Shown here: in pieces, positions 1-10,446 of the stretch
How positions within the stretch are numbered: the stretch's first letter is position 1
Layout of the letters: each line of letters opens with the position of its first letter
From: Coriobacteriia bacterium
Lineage (GTDB): Bacteria; Actinomycetota; Coriobacteriia; Anaerosomatales; SLCP01
Length of the DNA: 64,000 nt
Direction: 5' to 3'
Assembly (NCBI GenBank): GCA_007121015.1
Contig: SKMN01000048.1
Span: 1,666 to 65,665, forward strand
Translations under genes and position numbers: made by a program
The notes under the pieces: model-generated
Database searches by the model: none
What the model was told of the DNA's origin: nothing
Seen by the model: the letters and a program-made list of their open reading frames with translations, nothing else

Positions 1-2
1 CC

Positions 3-125
3 CTGACGCGCCCGACCGATGAGCTGGTGGAGATGGTGACGCGGGCGTTTCCGGGCCTCAGCGGGGCGGCGCAAGGGGAGGGGCCCGGGTATCCGGCACC
101 ACTCATGTCCCTCGAGGACCACTAG
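3..125 (+). CDS. 3' end of an unidentified CDS that runs in from upstream of the window
   Basis: The frame is open from the window edge to TAG at 123-125. About 35 of 40 codons end in G/C, matching the GC3 bias of confident genes here. No product is recognisable. Confidence 0.4.
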   Translation: MTRPTDELVEMVTRAFPGLSGAAQGEGPGYPAPLMSLEDH

Positions 126-230
126 GCGCGCCCCGCCCACTTGCGTCGAGCGCACCGGCGCGCTACGGTTTCGTCCTCGAAGGGGAGTAGCCAGGCGGAG
201 CGCGGCCGAACTGTCAGTACCTGTCAAAAA

Positions 231-242
231 TTGAGCGCTCAA
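231..242. promoter_or_regulatory. Perfect 12-bp palindrome TTGAGCGCTCAA upstream of the merR-like gene; possible operator
   Basis: Read directly from the sequence. It lies in the 295-bp non-coding stretch before the MerR-family gene. The binding protein is unknown. Confidence 0.25.
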
Positions 243-419
243 GCGGACAGCCCTCCGAATGCCGACGGTTTGCGACAACTCTACCCGTACGTTAGAGTGC
301 GGTTCGCACTTGTCGGAACTCCGGGTCTTCCTACCGTTCGCCTGTAAGTCGGCGGCCGCGCATCTCTCGGCCAGACCCGAGCGGGTCGTCTCGGACTCGC
401 CATCGAAAGAGGCTCTACC

Positions 420-828
420 ATGAGTGACCGTGTTTCAGCCGGTCTGATGCAGATCGGAGATGTCGCTGCCCGCACCGGACTGTCGCTTCGCACAGTCCGT
501 TACTACGAGGAGGCGGGTCTCGTCGAGCCTTGCGAACGCAGCGCCGGCGGCTTCCGGCTCTACTCCGAAGCGGAGTGCGCGAGGCTCGAGTTCGTCAAGC
601 GGCTCAAGCCGCTGGGATTCACGCTCAAGGAGATGCGTGAGCTTATGGATGTGCTCGACGTGGTGCAGGACGCCACGCCGGACGACCCGGCCCGGCGTCG
701 ATTGGCGCCGTTCGCTGATGCCGCCGAGGAGCACTGCCGTAGGCTGCGCTCACAACTGAGCGACGCACAGCGGTTGACCAACCAGCTGCGGGCGGAATCC
801 TCACGCGAAGAAGTGGTGGCTCACGTCC

Positions 829-839
<11 letters not shown>
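420..839 (+). CDS. MerR-family HTH transcriptional regulator
   Basis: The N-terminal segment IGDVAARTGLSLRTVRYYEEAGLV is a typical MerR winged-HTH, followed by a coiled-coil dimerisation region. The stop overlaps the prfC GTG start by 11 nt. Confidence 0.85.
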
Positions 840-2424
<1,585 letters not shown>

Positions 2425-2628
2425 GCGCGTCCGAGCGGCTGAACGGGCGACGAGGAAGTGGCGCTGGCGGCGTGAGGGCGAGCGTGTCTCGAGCGCGTCG
2501 CAGGGGAGAGGGCCACGTCGGACTGACGTAGCGAGACCCGGAGCGGGTACACACACCTATGCACGGCCCGAACGCCCGCGCGCGCCGGCTGTCCGGTGTC
2601 TGGCGGGGTATGCGAGGAGATGATGGTC

Positions 2629-3102
2629 ATGCAGAGTCTCGATGTGCGCTCGCCGGAGATGGTCCACGGGGGGCCGATGAACGCCCGGTACGCTCACCAG
2701 AAGTCCGGTGGGCTCAACCAGTCGCCTCCGATATACATAGAGGGACTTCCTTCCGGGGTCCGCTCTATCTCGGTCATGCTCGTCGACCGCGACGCCGACG
2801 ACTTCGTCCACTGGCTCATCGTCGACCTTCCGCCGCAGACCACCCGCCTTGCCGAAGGTGCCTCGGGCGGCGAGTTGCCGGGTGCAGCCCGCGAAGTCTA
2901 TAACAGCGCCGGCTCACTGGGCTACTTCGGCCCGAACCCGCCTCCAAGAAGCGGCGAGCACCGCTACGAGATCGTCGCTTACGGCCTCGACATCGATTCG
3001 CTCGAGGTGGCCGACCATGTCGACGCAGCCGCGTTCGACGCGGCTGCGCGGGAGCACGCTGTCGCGAGGGGAAGCGAATACTGGGTGTTCGAGAACCGCT
3101 AG
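2629..3102 (+). CDS. YbhB/YbcL (PEBP/Raf-kinase-inhibitor-like) family protein
   Basis: Motifs SPPIYIEGLP, DDFVHWLIVDLP and GPNPPPRSGEHRYEIVAYGLD are typical of bacterial PEBP. The start was chosen at the Met about 10 nt after GAGGAG; the ORF opens at 2596. Confidence 0.8.
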   Translation: MQSLDVRSPEMVHGGPMNARYAHQKSGGLNQSPPIYIEGLPSGVRSISVMLVDRDADDFVHWLIVDLPPQTTRLAEGASGGELPGAAREVYNSAGSLGYFGPNPPPRSGEHRYEIVAYGLDIDSLEVADHVDAAAFDAAAREHAVARGSEYWVFENR

Positions 3103-3175
3103 ACAGCCATCGCGCACGAGACGATCGAGACGCAGTCCGATGGGCCATGGACACGATAGGAGCAGTGTGGGAGCG

Positions 3176-3772
3176 ATGAAGGGTGCAGGCGTGTTGTCTG
3201 CGGCGGGAGTGGCCGCGATCGCGTACGGGCTCGCCCGGCGCACCTCGTGGGGAAGTGTGCTCGGAGTCGGAGCGGGCGTCTTCCTCGGCGCACAGGCGTT
3301 CGCCGCGCTGACGGGCAAGAAGGGCACCGGGTCGGTCGAGCGGAGCATCCGGATAAAGCGTACGCCAAAGGACGTCTACGACTTCGTGCGGAACGTAGAG
3401 AGCCTGCCGGGACTGCTGCCCTACACGCACGACGTGAGAGAGGATCCCGACGGGCGTATCCACTGGGTCATCCGACTGTCTAACGGCCTGAAGCTGGCCT
3501 ACGACGGAGAGATGATCGACGATGTCCCGGGGAGCCTGTTCACCTACCGCTCCGCTGCCGAGGAGCCTATCGACGAGACGGGGACGCTCCTGTTCGAAGC
3601 CGTGGGCGATGGAGAGACCGAGTTCACCGTGCGCGTCGCATGGTCGTTCCCGGCCGGGGCGGCAGGCGACGCGCTCGCGAAGGTATTCGAGCCGATCACC
3701 TCGGACGCCCTCGATGAGGCGCTGCGGAGGTTCAAGCGGCACCTCGAGAGGGAGGGTGCCGGGGACCGGTAG
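3176..3772 (+). CDS. Membrane-anchored SRPBCC (polyketide cyclase/dehydrase-like) family protein
   Basis: Two N-terminal hydrophobic segments are followed by an SRPBCC-like core (RSIRIKRTPKDVYDFVRNVESLPGLLPY...). AGGAG precedes an in-frame GTG 3167 / ATG 3176. The long upstream part of ORF 2849-3772 overlaps the PEBP gene and is Arg/Ser-rich junk. Confidence 0.6.
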   Translation: MKGAGVLSAAGVAAIAYGLARRTSWGSVLGVGAGVFLGAQAFAALTGKKGTGSVERSIRIKRTPKDVYDFVRNVESLPGLLPYTHDVREDPDGRIHWVIRLSNGLKLAYDGEMIDDVPGSLFTYRSAAEEPIDETGTLLFEAVGDGETEFTVRVAWSFPAGAAGDALAKVFEPITSDALDEALRRFKRHLEREGAGDR

Positions 3773-3776
3773 GCGA

Positions 3777-5321
3777 ATGAGCGGACACCCACATCCCACT
3801 GCTCCCGTGGCGATCGTGGGTGCGGGGCCGGTCGGACTCGCGCTCGCTCTCGGCCTCGCCAGACAGGCGGTCTCCTCTGTCGTGTTGGAGAAGAGCGACT
3901 CGACGAGCGAGTTCTCCAAAGCGCCTGGAATCCATGTGCGGACGCGCGAGGTCTTCCGGCTGTGGGGGATAGAGCAGCGGTTCCTCGAAGCGGGCACGCT
4001 CGTACGGGAACTCGCCATGCACTCGGCCACGACCGGTCGACCGCCGTTCGTCAGGTTCGACTTCGGCGAGCTCGAGGCCGAGGCGGACGAGCCCGGCCTC
4101 CTGATCCTCGAACAGGGCCGGACCGAGAAGTTGCTCTTGGATGCGGTCCAGGAGACGGGAAGGTGCGACGTCCGTTTCGGTGCGGAGGCGACGGACCTGG
4201 CCCAGGACGGAGATGGTGTCACCGTCAGCTACGTCGAGGACGGCGAGGAGCGATCGATGCGCGCGGCGTTCGTGGTGGGCTGCGACGGGGCCGACTCGTT
4301 CGTGCGCAAGACGCTCGGCTTGCCGTTCGAAGGGGGGACCTACGAGCTCCGACCCGTACTTGCTGACGTGAGGATCGATGACGAGCGCGACGAACTCCCC
4401 TGGCCGCGCGCGTGCAATGCGGGCCACTCGTATTCGTTCGCGATCCGGCTCGAGGCCGGGCTATGGCGCGTGATCAACCTCGATCGCGATACCGGCATGC
4501 GCTCCGATGACGTGCCCGACGACGAGGCGCGCGAGATCGCATCCACGTTGTTGGGGCCCGGACCGATGGAGGTGGTCTGGAAGAGCCGATTCCAGATCCA
4601 CATACGTTCGAGTCCGCGCTTCAGGGTACGAAGAATCCTCTTAGCCGGGGACGCCGCCCACGTCCACAGTCCTGCGGGCGGGTTCGGCATGAACGGCGGG
4701 ATCCACGACGCGCACAACCTCTCGTGGAAGCTAGCCGCAGTGCTCGCGGGTGGCGATATCGAACGGTTGCTCGACTCCTACGAAGTCGAGCGAAGAGAGG
4801 TGATTGCAGAGAGCGTCTCTCCGTTCACGGATGTGGTCACGCGGGTCTTCGTCAGCACGCCGGCCTCGATACGACAGGCAGCGTTCGCCCTCGTGCGGAC
4901 CGCCATGCGCATCGGGCGCGTGAGACGGAGACTGTTGCGGCGTACCGCCATGATCGATCTGGACTACCCGACGTCCCCGCTGCTCAAGAGCGAATGGCCC
5001 TCGGCCGGTGTCCGGCTGCCGAACCCGCTCCTCCGTGCTCCCGACGGAAGCGAATCGCGGCTCTACGATCTCCTTTCCGAGGGACCGACGCTGATCGACA
5101 TGTCCCGTGACCCCCTTGGCGCCGCCGCGCCCGTCGAGAACGTGGTCCGGATCGGTCCGGATGGCTATCGTGACCCGAGCGGGCTGCTCGAGCGTCTGCT
5201 CGAGGGAGACGAAGGCTGGATCCTCGTGCGCCCCGACGCGCACGTCGCCTGGGCTCTCGACAGTCGATCCGCTCTCGAAGAGGCCGCGTCGTCTGCGCTC
5301 GGTGCAGGTTCAGGCGCGTAG
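3777..5321 (+). CDS. FAD-dependent aromatic-ring monooxygenase (PheA/TfdB/UbiH-like)
   Basis: It has the GxGxxG motif VAIVGAGPVGLALALGL and the second FAD motif LAGDAAHVHSPAGGFGMNGGIHDAHNLSWKL. The internal ATG sits 5 nt after the preceding stop. Confidence 0.85.
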   Translation: MSGHPHPTAPVAIVGAGPVGLALALGLARQAVSSVVLEKSDSTSEFSKAPGIHVRTREVFRLWGIEQRFLEAGTLVRELAMHSATTGRPPFVRFDFGELEAEADEPGLLILEQGRTEKLLLDAVQETGRCDVRFGAEATDLAQDGDGVTVSYVEDGEERSMRAAFVVGCDGADSFVRKTLGLPFEGGTYELRPVLADVRIDDERDELPWPRACNAGHSYSFAIRLEAGLWRVINLDRDTGMRSDDVPDDEAREIASTLLGPGPMEVVWKSRFQIHIRSSPRFRVRRILLAGDAAHVHSPAGGFGMNGGIHDAHNLSWKLAAVLAGGDIERLLDSYEVERREVIAESVSPFTDVVTRVFVSTPASIRQAAFALVRTAMRIGRVRRRLLRRTAMIDLDYPTSPLLKSEWPSAGVRLPNPLLRAPDGSESRLYDLLSEGPTLIDMSRDPLGAAAPVENVVRIGPDGYRDPSGLLERLLEGDEGWILVRPDAHVAWALDSRSALEEAASSALGAGSGA

Positions 5322-6680
5322 CTTGTCGAGCTCCTCTCCCAGGTGCCAGTAGACCTCGGCGAACGTGGGGAACTGGAACATGAGGTCACGCAGGTCAGTG
5401 TAGGGCAGCCGCGCCCGGATCGCGAGCGACGCGACGTGGATGAACTCGCTGGCGAGGGGGCCGCACACCGATGCGCCGAGTACCTCGCCGGTCGCGCGCT
5501 CGACCACCAGGACACCGATGCCCGACCAATCGGTCTGATACGTGTAGGGCCTGTCGAGTTCTTCGAACGGAAGGCTTGCGGACAGTGCGTCGATGCCCTG
5601 TTCGTGGGCGTGCGATTCCGTCATCCCTACGGCGGCAAGCTCCGGGTCGGTGAATGTCACGCGTGGCGTGGCGCGCTCGTCGAGCTGACGGGAGGGTCGA
5701 ACGATGTTCGCGGCGATGCACCGTGCGTGGTACATGGCGCGGTGCGTGAAGAACGGCGGACCCACGACGTCCCCGACGGCCCACAGGCCATCGCCGGCGC
5801 GACCGTACTCGTCCACACCGATACCACCATCGCCTTTCGGCTCGATGCCGACGGTGTCCAGACCGATGCCATCCGTGCGTGGTCGCCGTCCGACCGCGAC
5901 CACGACGTGCTGCACGCTCACCTCGGTGCCGTCCGAAAGGGCCACGGTGCGCGAGTCGCCCTCGCGTGTGACGCGCTGTACGGTGGTGCCGAGGCGCACG
6001 TCGATCCCATCGTCCCTCAGCGCGGAGAGGCACATCTCGCCGAGGGCGGGCTCTTCCCGCGGGAACAGCGAGTCTGCCTGCTCGACGATCGTCACGTCGG
6101 AACCGTAGCGACACAGCATCTGGCCGAGTTCGACGGCCACGGGGCCGCCGCCGATGAACAGCAGACTGCGCGGGACCTGCGTGACGGAGACCGCCTCCCG
6201 GTTCGTCCAGTATCCGGACTCTTCGAGGCCTTCGATGGGGGGGACGATGGGCTCGGACCCTGTGGCGATCACGACGTCCGGAGCGGTGAGCACGCGCTCT
6301 CCCGCGACGACCCGTCCGGGCCCGTCCAGGCCGCCGTCCCCCCGTACCAGCGTTATCCCGGCCTCATCGAGTCGGCCGGCGAAGATCGCGTCATCGTAGT
6401 GTCTGACCATCTCATCGCGGTAGTCCGAAATCTTCGGCCAGTCCACCTTCACCGGTTCGGTCCCGAAACACTTGACGCTCTCACCCCACAGGGACACCGG
6501 TCTGAGCAGCGTCTTACTCGGATTGCATGCCCAATATGCGCACTCGCCCTCGATTCTCTCGCGCTCCACCACGGCGACGTTCTTCCCCCTGGCCGCGAGT
6601 CGGTACGCGGTGAACTCGCCAGCGGGTCCGGTTCCCAGGACCACGACATCGAAGCTCTCTGTTCCTCCCATGGCAATCAT
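5310..6680 (-). CDS. Class I pyridine nucleotide-disulfide oxidoreductase (dihydrolipoyl dehydrogenase / mercuric reductase-like)
   Basis: Motifs seen are FDVVVLGTGPAGE, the redox-active CxxxxC (GECAYWACNPSK), a second Rossmann fold (FIGGGPVAVELG) and a C-terminal dimerisation domain. Confidence 0.85.
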   Translation of the reverse strand: MIAMGGTESFDVVVLGTGPAGEFTAYRLAARGKNVAVVERERIEGECAYWACNPSKTLLRPVSLWGESVKCFGTEPVKVDWPKISDYRDEMVRHYDDAIFAGRLDEAGITLVRGDGGLDGPGRVVAGERVLTAPDVVIATGSEPIVPPIEGLEESGYWTNREAVSVTQVPRSLLFIGGGPVAVELGQMLCRYGSDVTIVEQADSLFPREEPALGEMCLSALRDDGIDVRLGTTVQRVTREGDSRTVALSDGTEVSVQHVVVAVGRRPRTDGIGLDTVGIEPKGDGGIGVDEYGRAGDGLWAVGDVVGPPFFTHRAMYHARCIAANIVRPSRQLDERATPRVTFTDPELAAVGMTESHAHEQGIDALSASLPFEELDRPYTYQTDWSGIGVLVVERATGEVLGASVCGPLASEFIHVASLAIRARLPYTDLRDLMFQFPTFAEVYWHLGEELDKLRA

Positions 6681-6687
6681 CCCCTGC

Positions 6688-7308
6688 TCAGTGTCTACCC
6701 AATGCTTCCTCGGACGCGATCTCGTCGAGTGAGCGCCCGGAGGCGACCGAGTCCTGCTCGGTCGACACGGGGTTGCGACGCGCGTCGGCGGCCTCGTCCT
6801 TCTCCTTGACGAGCAGCCAGTCCTTTTCTGACCGAAAGCCCGTGTGAACCAGTGCGTAACCGCCGGAAAGCTTGTCGCCGTCGAGTCGGACGGTGAGACG
6901 ACCGGCCTCCAGCCCCTCGGCGATCGACACCGGCTCGTCTTCGTCGTCGGTCGTGGTGTTCTCGTAGGTGCCGGTGTCCCACACCATCACCGTGCCGGCG
7001 CCGTACTGACCCTCAGGTATCACGCCTTCGAACCCTGCGTAGTCGAACGGATGGTCCTCGGTCATGACGGCGAGCCGCTTCTCGGACGGATCGGTCGACG
7101 GACCTTTGGGGACGGCCCATGACTTGAGTGCTCCGTCGGCCTCGAGGCGAAAGTCGTAGTGCAGCTGTGATGCGTCGTGCTTATGGATGACGAAGCGGCC
7201 GGTCGCTCCGGGCTTGCCCGCATCCGGGTTCTCGTCGGCCGAACTGCCCTTGGGTTCCGGGGTAGACCGGAAGTCACGCTTCTCCTCGTACTCGTCGAGC
7301 GGCGTCAT
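6688..7308 (-). CDS. Stand-alone LigD 3'-phosphoesterase (PE) domain protein
   Basis: RFVIHKHDASQLHYDFRLE, SWAVPKGPS and MTEDHPFDYAGFEG are hallmark LigD-PE motifs. GGAGG lies 6 nt upstream of the internal ATG at 7308. Confidence 0.85.
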   Translation of the reverse strand: MTPLDEYEEKRDFRSTPEPKGSSADENPDAGKPGATGRFVIHKHDASQLHYDFRLEADGALKSWAVPKGPSTDPSEKRLAVMTEDHPFDYAGFEGVIPEGQYGAGTVMVWDTGTYENTTTDDEDEPVSIAEGLEAGRLTVRLDGDKLSGGYALVHTGFRSEKDWLLVKEKDEAADARRNPVSTEQDSVASGRSLDEIASEEALGRH

Positions 7309-7595
7309 GTCACTGCCTCCATCGTGGTGGTGCCATGGGGAGTGGGTACCCGCTTTCCGGCCAACGAACGCGACGAATCGCGACGACCGCTCGTCTTCCC
7401 AGACTTGACCGCCCGTCCGGCGTTGTCGATGACGGCAGTATGCACGCATGCTGGGTGGCGACATCACGGTCACCAGCGTGGCAGCAGAAGGTTCGACCTT
7501 CGTGTTGGCCGTGCCGAACAAGCCGGTCGTGGAAGACGTCTGCCTGCCACACCTGCGGGACGCCTGTCTGGACAGTGCCTCCTCCTTGGACTAGT

Positions 7596-7622
7596 GTAAT
7601 ACGACACTGAAAATCGTGTTAC
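7596..7622. promoter_or_regulatory. Widely spaced dyad GTAATACGA-N9-TCGTGTTAC; candidate NikR operator
   Basis: The 9-bp arms match 8/9. The dyad sits about 48 bp upstream of the first gene of the nickel-transport operon and overlaps a weak TTGGAC-N17-GAAAAT promoter-like element. nikR is encoded at the other end of the operon. Confidence 0.4.
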
Positions 7623-7669
7623 GCCAGGTGCGTCACCGTGTGACGACGCCGACCAGAGGAGGGACTTGA

Positions 7670-8527
7670 GTGATAGGAATCCGAACCACGAGGATGGTCG
7701 TACTCCTGGTCACGCTGCTTGCTGGGATCTTGACCTTCGCGGGGTGCGCCGCCGAAGGGGCGCCCGAGCCTGAGACTCCGGCGCCCGCTGCCGAGACCTC
7801 GGACACCGGACTTCTCGTGTTCGCCGCCGACGGTGAGGAGCACGCACGCGAGGGCACGGTCTCGAAGGAAGGATGGAATATCACGTTCGAGCACGCCTAC
7901 GTGACGCTCGCCGACATCGCCGCTTACCAGACCGACCCGCCCTACGACGTGGATGCCGACGGCTGGGACCTCGCCTACGACCACATGGTCTCCCTCCCGG
8001 GTGAGTTCACGATCGACCTGGCCGACCCGGCATCCGATCCCGCGATCCTCGGGGAGGTCGCCGACGCGCCGGCCGGCTTCTACAACGCCTTCTCCTGGCA
8101 CATGGTTCGGGCCGCGTCCGGGCCCGCCGAGGGCAACTCCATCGTGTTCATCGGTACGGCCGAGAAGGACGGCGAGACCGTCGACTTCACGCTCCGCTTC
8201 GACCAGGAGCTCGCCTACCAGGGTGGCGAGTACATCGGCGACGTCCGCAAAGGCATCCTCGACGCCGGCGGTGAGGCCGAGGCCGAGATGACCTTCCACT
8301 TCGACCACTTCTTCGGCAGGGCCGACAAGGACGCCGACGATCCGCTGAACACCGACGCTCTCGGCTTCGATCCTCTGGCTGCGCTGGCCACCGACGGCGT
8401 GGTCGACGTCAGCCTCGGCGACCTGAAGGAATCGCTCAGCGCAGAGGACTATGCCAGGCTGGAAGACATCCTCGTCCACTTCGGGCACATCGGCGAGAAC
8501 CACTGTATCGCCGAACCTCTGGAGTAG
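7670..8527 (+). CDS. Secreted lipoprotein, first gene of the nickel/cobalt ECF operon (possible NikK-type extracytoplasmic component)
   Basis: It has a lipobox (LLAGILTFAGCAAEG) and an acidic mature domain. A strong RBS AGAGGAGGG precedes the start, and only 12 nt separate it from the next gene. Confidence 0.55.
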   Translation: MIGIRTTRMVVLLVTLLAGILTFAGCAAEGAPEPETPAPAAETSDTGLLVFAADGEEHAREGTVSKEGWNITFEHAYVTLADIAAYQTDPPYDVDADGWDLAYDHMVSLPGEFTIDLADPASDPAILGEVADAPAGFYNAFSWHMVRAASGPAEGNSIVFIGTAEKDGETVDFTLRFDQELAYQGGEYIGDVRKGILDAGGEAEAEMTFHFDHFFGRADKDADDPLNTDALGFDPLAALATDGVVDVSLGDLKESLSAEDYARLEDILVHFGHIGENHCIAEPLE

Positions 8528-8539
8528 AACGGCTGGCCG

Positions 8540-8992
8540 ATGGACAGCGTGCGAGCCCTCACCCTTATCGTGACGATGGCGTTCCTGGTGCTGGCGATGC
8601 CGGCCGAGGTCGCCCTGGGTCATGGCGTCGAACTGAGCGTCGCGCCGCACGAGAGCATCGAGGTGAACGCCGCCTACGAAGCGGGCGAGCCGATGGCCGG
8701 CGCCCAGGTCGCGGTGTTCGCTCCCGGCGAACCGGCCGAACCGTGGCTCCGCGGGAGTGTCGACGAGGAGGGGCGCTTCTTCTTCGTGCCCGACTCCGAC
8801 CGTCCGGGCACGTGGGAGGTGCAGGTCCGCCAGGCAGGTCATGGCGGCATCGTCCGGATCGAGGTCGAGCCGGCCGGAGTCGTAGAGGTCACGGGCGGGG
8901 GTCTCACCCCGCTACAGAAGGCTTTGATGGCGGCTTGCGTCCTCTGGGGCTCGATCGGCACGGCACTCTACTTCAAGAGAAGGGCTGTCTGA
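8540..8992 (+). CDS. Bitopic membrane protein with a beta-sandwich-like extracytoplasmic domain (possible NikL/CbiN-replacing component)
   Basis: It has an N-terminal signal/TM, a carboxypeptidase-regulatory-like core (EEGRFFFVPDSDRPGTWEVQV) and a C-terminal TM (ALMAACVLWGSIGTALYF). Its stop overlaps the cbiM ATG (ATGA). Confidence 0.5.
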   Translation: MDSVRALTLIVTMAFLVLAMPAEVALGHGVELSVAPHESIEVNAAYEAGEPMAGAQVAVFAPGEPAEPWLRGSVDEEGRFFFVPDSDRPGTWEVQVRQAGHGGIVRIEVEPAGVVEVTGGGLTPLQKALMAACVLWGSIGTALYFKRRAV

Positions 8993-9642
8993 TGCATGTC
9001 CCCGACGGTATCGTCCCGGTCTCGGTAGCCGCAGGCGGGTTCGCGGCCGCCGGGGGCGTCACGTGGCTCTCGCTGCGGAAGATCGAGCGTGCCCACACCG
9101 TTCCCCGGAACGGCGTCCCCAAAGCGTCGCTGCTCACCGCCGTCTTCTTCATGGCGTCGCTCATACACTTCCCGGTCCCGCCGACGAGCGTCCACCTCGT
9201 GCTCTCGGGGCTGATGGGGGTGGTGCTCGGGTGGTACGCCTTCCCGGCGATCCTCGTCGGACTCTTCTTGCAGGCGGTCATGTTCCAGCACGGGGGTCTC
9301 ACGACGTTGGGCGTGAATGCATGCATCATCGGTATCCCCGCGCTGCTCGCGCACCGCGTCTTCACTCTGCGGACGAGGTTCGGCGCTCGCCGGCGCGCTG
9401 CAGGCACCGCTGCACTGGGCTTCGTCGCCGCGTTCGTCGCGGTGGCGCTGGGGGCGGCAGCCGCCTCTCTCCTCATAGTCACGACGGTGCCTGCCCACCT
9501 CGATGCCGTTGTCGAGCGGACCGCTGTGACGGCACTCCTCTTCGCGCACGTACCCCTCGGCGTGATCGAGGGAATGTTCACGGCGATAGTGGTGCTGTTC
9601 TTGCTCCGGGTGCAACCAGGACTGCTGGAGGAGAGGTTCTGA
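8992..9642 (+). CDS. cbiM: ECF transporter substrate-capture component CbiM/NikM
   Basis: The N-terminus MHVPDG is the conserved metal-ligating Met-His terminus. The protein is multi-TM and ATGA-coupled on both sides. Confidence 0.85.
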   Translation: MHVPDGIVPVSVAAGGFAAAGGVTWLSLRKIERAHTVPRNGVPKASLLTAVFFMASLIHFPVPPTSVHLVLSGLMGVVLGWYAFPAILVGLFLQAVMFQHGGLTTLGVNACIIGIPALLAHRVFTLRTRFGARRRAAGTAALGFVAAFVAVALGAAAASLLIVTTVPAHLDAVVERTAVTALLFAHVPLGVIEGMFTAIVVLFLLRVQPGLLEERF

Positions 9643-10400
9643 TGCTTGCTCGAGCCACGCTGGCCGCACCCACCGCCACCTCGCTCGCACGGTGGGAAGT
9701 CCGCCTGAAACTCATCGGGCTCCTCTGTCTCGTGTTCGCTTTCGCGGGGGTCAACGATGTCCGCCTCTTGCCGGTGATGCTCGCGACCGCCTTCGTCGTC
9801 TACCGACTCTCGTCGCTCCCCTTCAGGTATCTCATATCGCGTCTGAAGGTGCCCGGGATCTTCCTCGTCGCGCTCGCCGTGGTGCTGCCCCTCTTCTCCG
9901 GCGAGACCGTGATCGCGCAGTTCGGGCCGGTGGCCCTGCGGCTCGAAGGCACCGTGTCGTTCGTGTCGATCGCCGCACGTTTCGTCAGTATCATCACCGT
10001 TGCGACCGTGTTGTTCGCGACGACGCCGATGCCCACGCTCGTCAGGGCGATGAACTCCCTCGGACTGCCCCCACTCCTCGGCGACATGCTGCTCTTCACG
10101 TATCGCTACATCTTCCAACTTGCCGAGGACCTCAGCCGGGCGCGGACCGCAGCCCGGCTGCGCGGCGCGGACCTCGGCTCGGTGCGTTCGGTCAAGACCA
10201 CGGCCTACATCATCGGGTCGCTCCTGATACGCAGCAACTGGCAGGCCGAGCGGGTCCTTGCGGCGATGACGCTTCGCGGGTACGGTGCTTCTCGGGCTCG
10301 ATCGCCGCGCCACGCGCCGCAGGCCTGGGACGTCGCCGGGCTTGTCGCGTGCGTGGCCCTGGCCGCCGTCCTGGCGCTCTTCCCGGTACTTGTCCTGTAA
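9642..10400 (+). CDS. cbiQ: ECF transporter transmembrane (T) component CbiQ/NikQ
   Basis: It shows typical CbiQ topology and the coupling-helix region ARLRGADLGS...RSNWQAERVLAAMTLRGY. Confidence 0.8.
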   Translation: MLARATLAAPTATSLARWEVRLKLIGLLCLVFAFAGVNDVRLLPVMLATAFVVYRLSSLPFRYLISRLKVPGIFLVALAVVLPLFSGETVIAQFGPVALRLEGTVSFVSIAARFVSIITVATVLFATTPMPTLVRAMNSLGLPPLLGDMLLFTYRYIFQLAEDLSRARTAARLRGADLGSVRSVKTTAYIIGSLLIRSNWQAERVLAAMTLRGYGASRARSPRHAPQAWDVAGLVACVALAAVLALFPVLVL

Positions 10401-10446
10401 GGCGACCGGACGTGCGAGCCGCCCCCTGACGAGGAGAGAGTCTCTA

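Noticed and set aside
2816-4222. 468-aa minus-strand ORF spanning the PEBP, SRPBCC and monooxygenase genes
   Set aside because: It overlaps three plus-strand genes that have clear family motifs. Its composition is dominated by Arg/Ser/Pro/Ala and no domain is recognisable.
5343-6809. 488-aa plus-strand ORF opposite the pyridine-nucleotide disulfide oxidoreductase
   Set aside because: It is a shadow ORF. The minus-strand frame carries the FAD/NAD Rossmann and CxxxxC motifs, and the plus-strand translation has none.
7521-7669. Cobalamin riboswitch upstream of the cbiM operon
   Set aside because: The leader is short, about 150 nt, and I could not find a B12-box-like element. The adjacent nikR and a NikR-style dyad favour protein-based nickel control.
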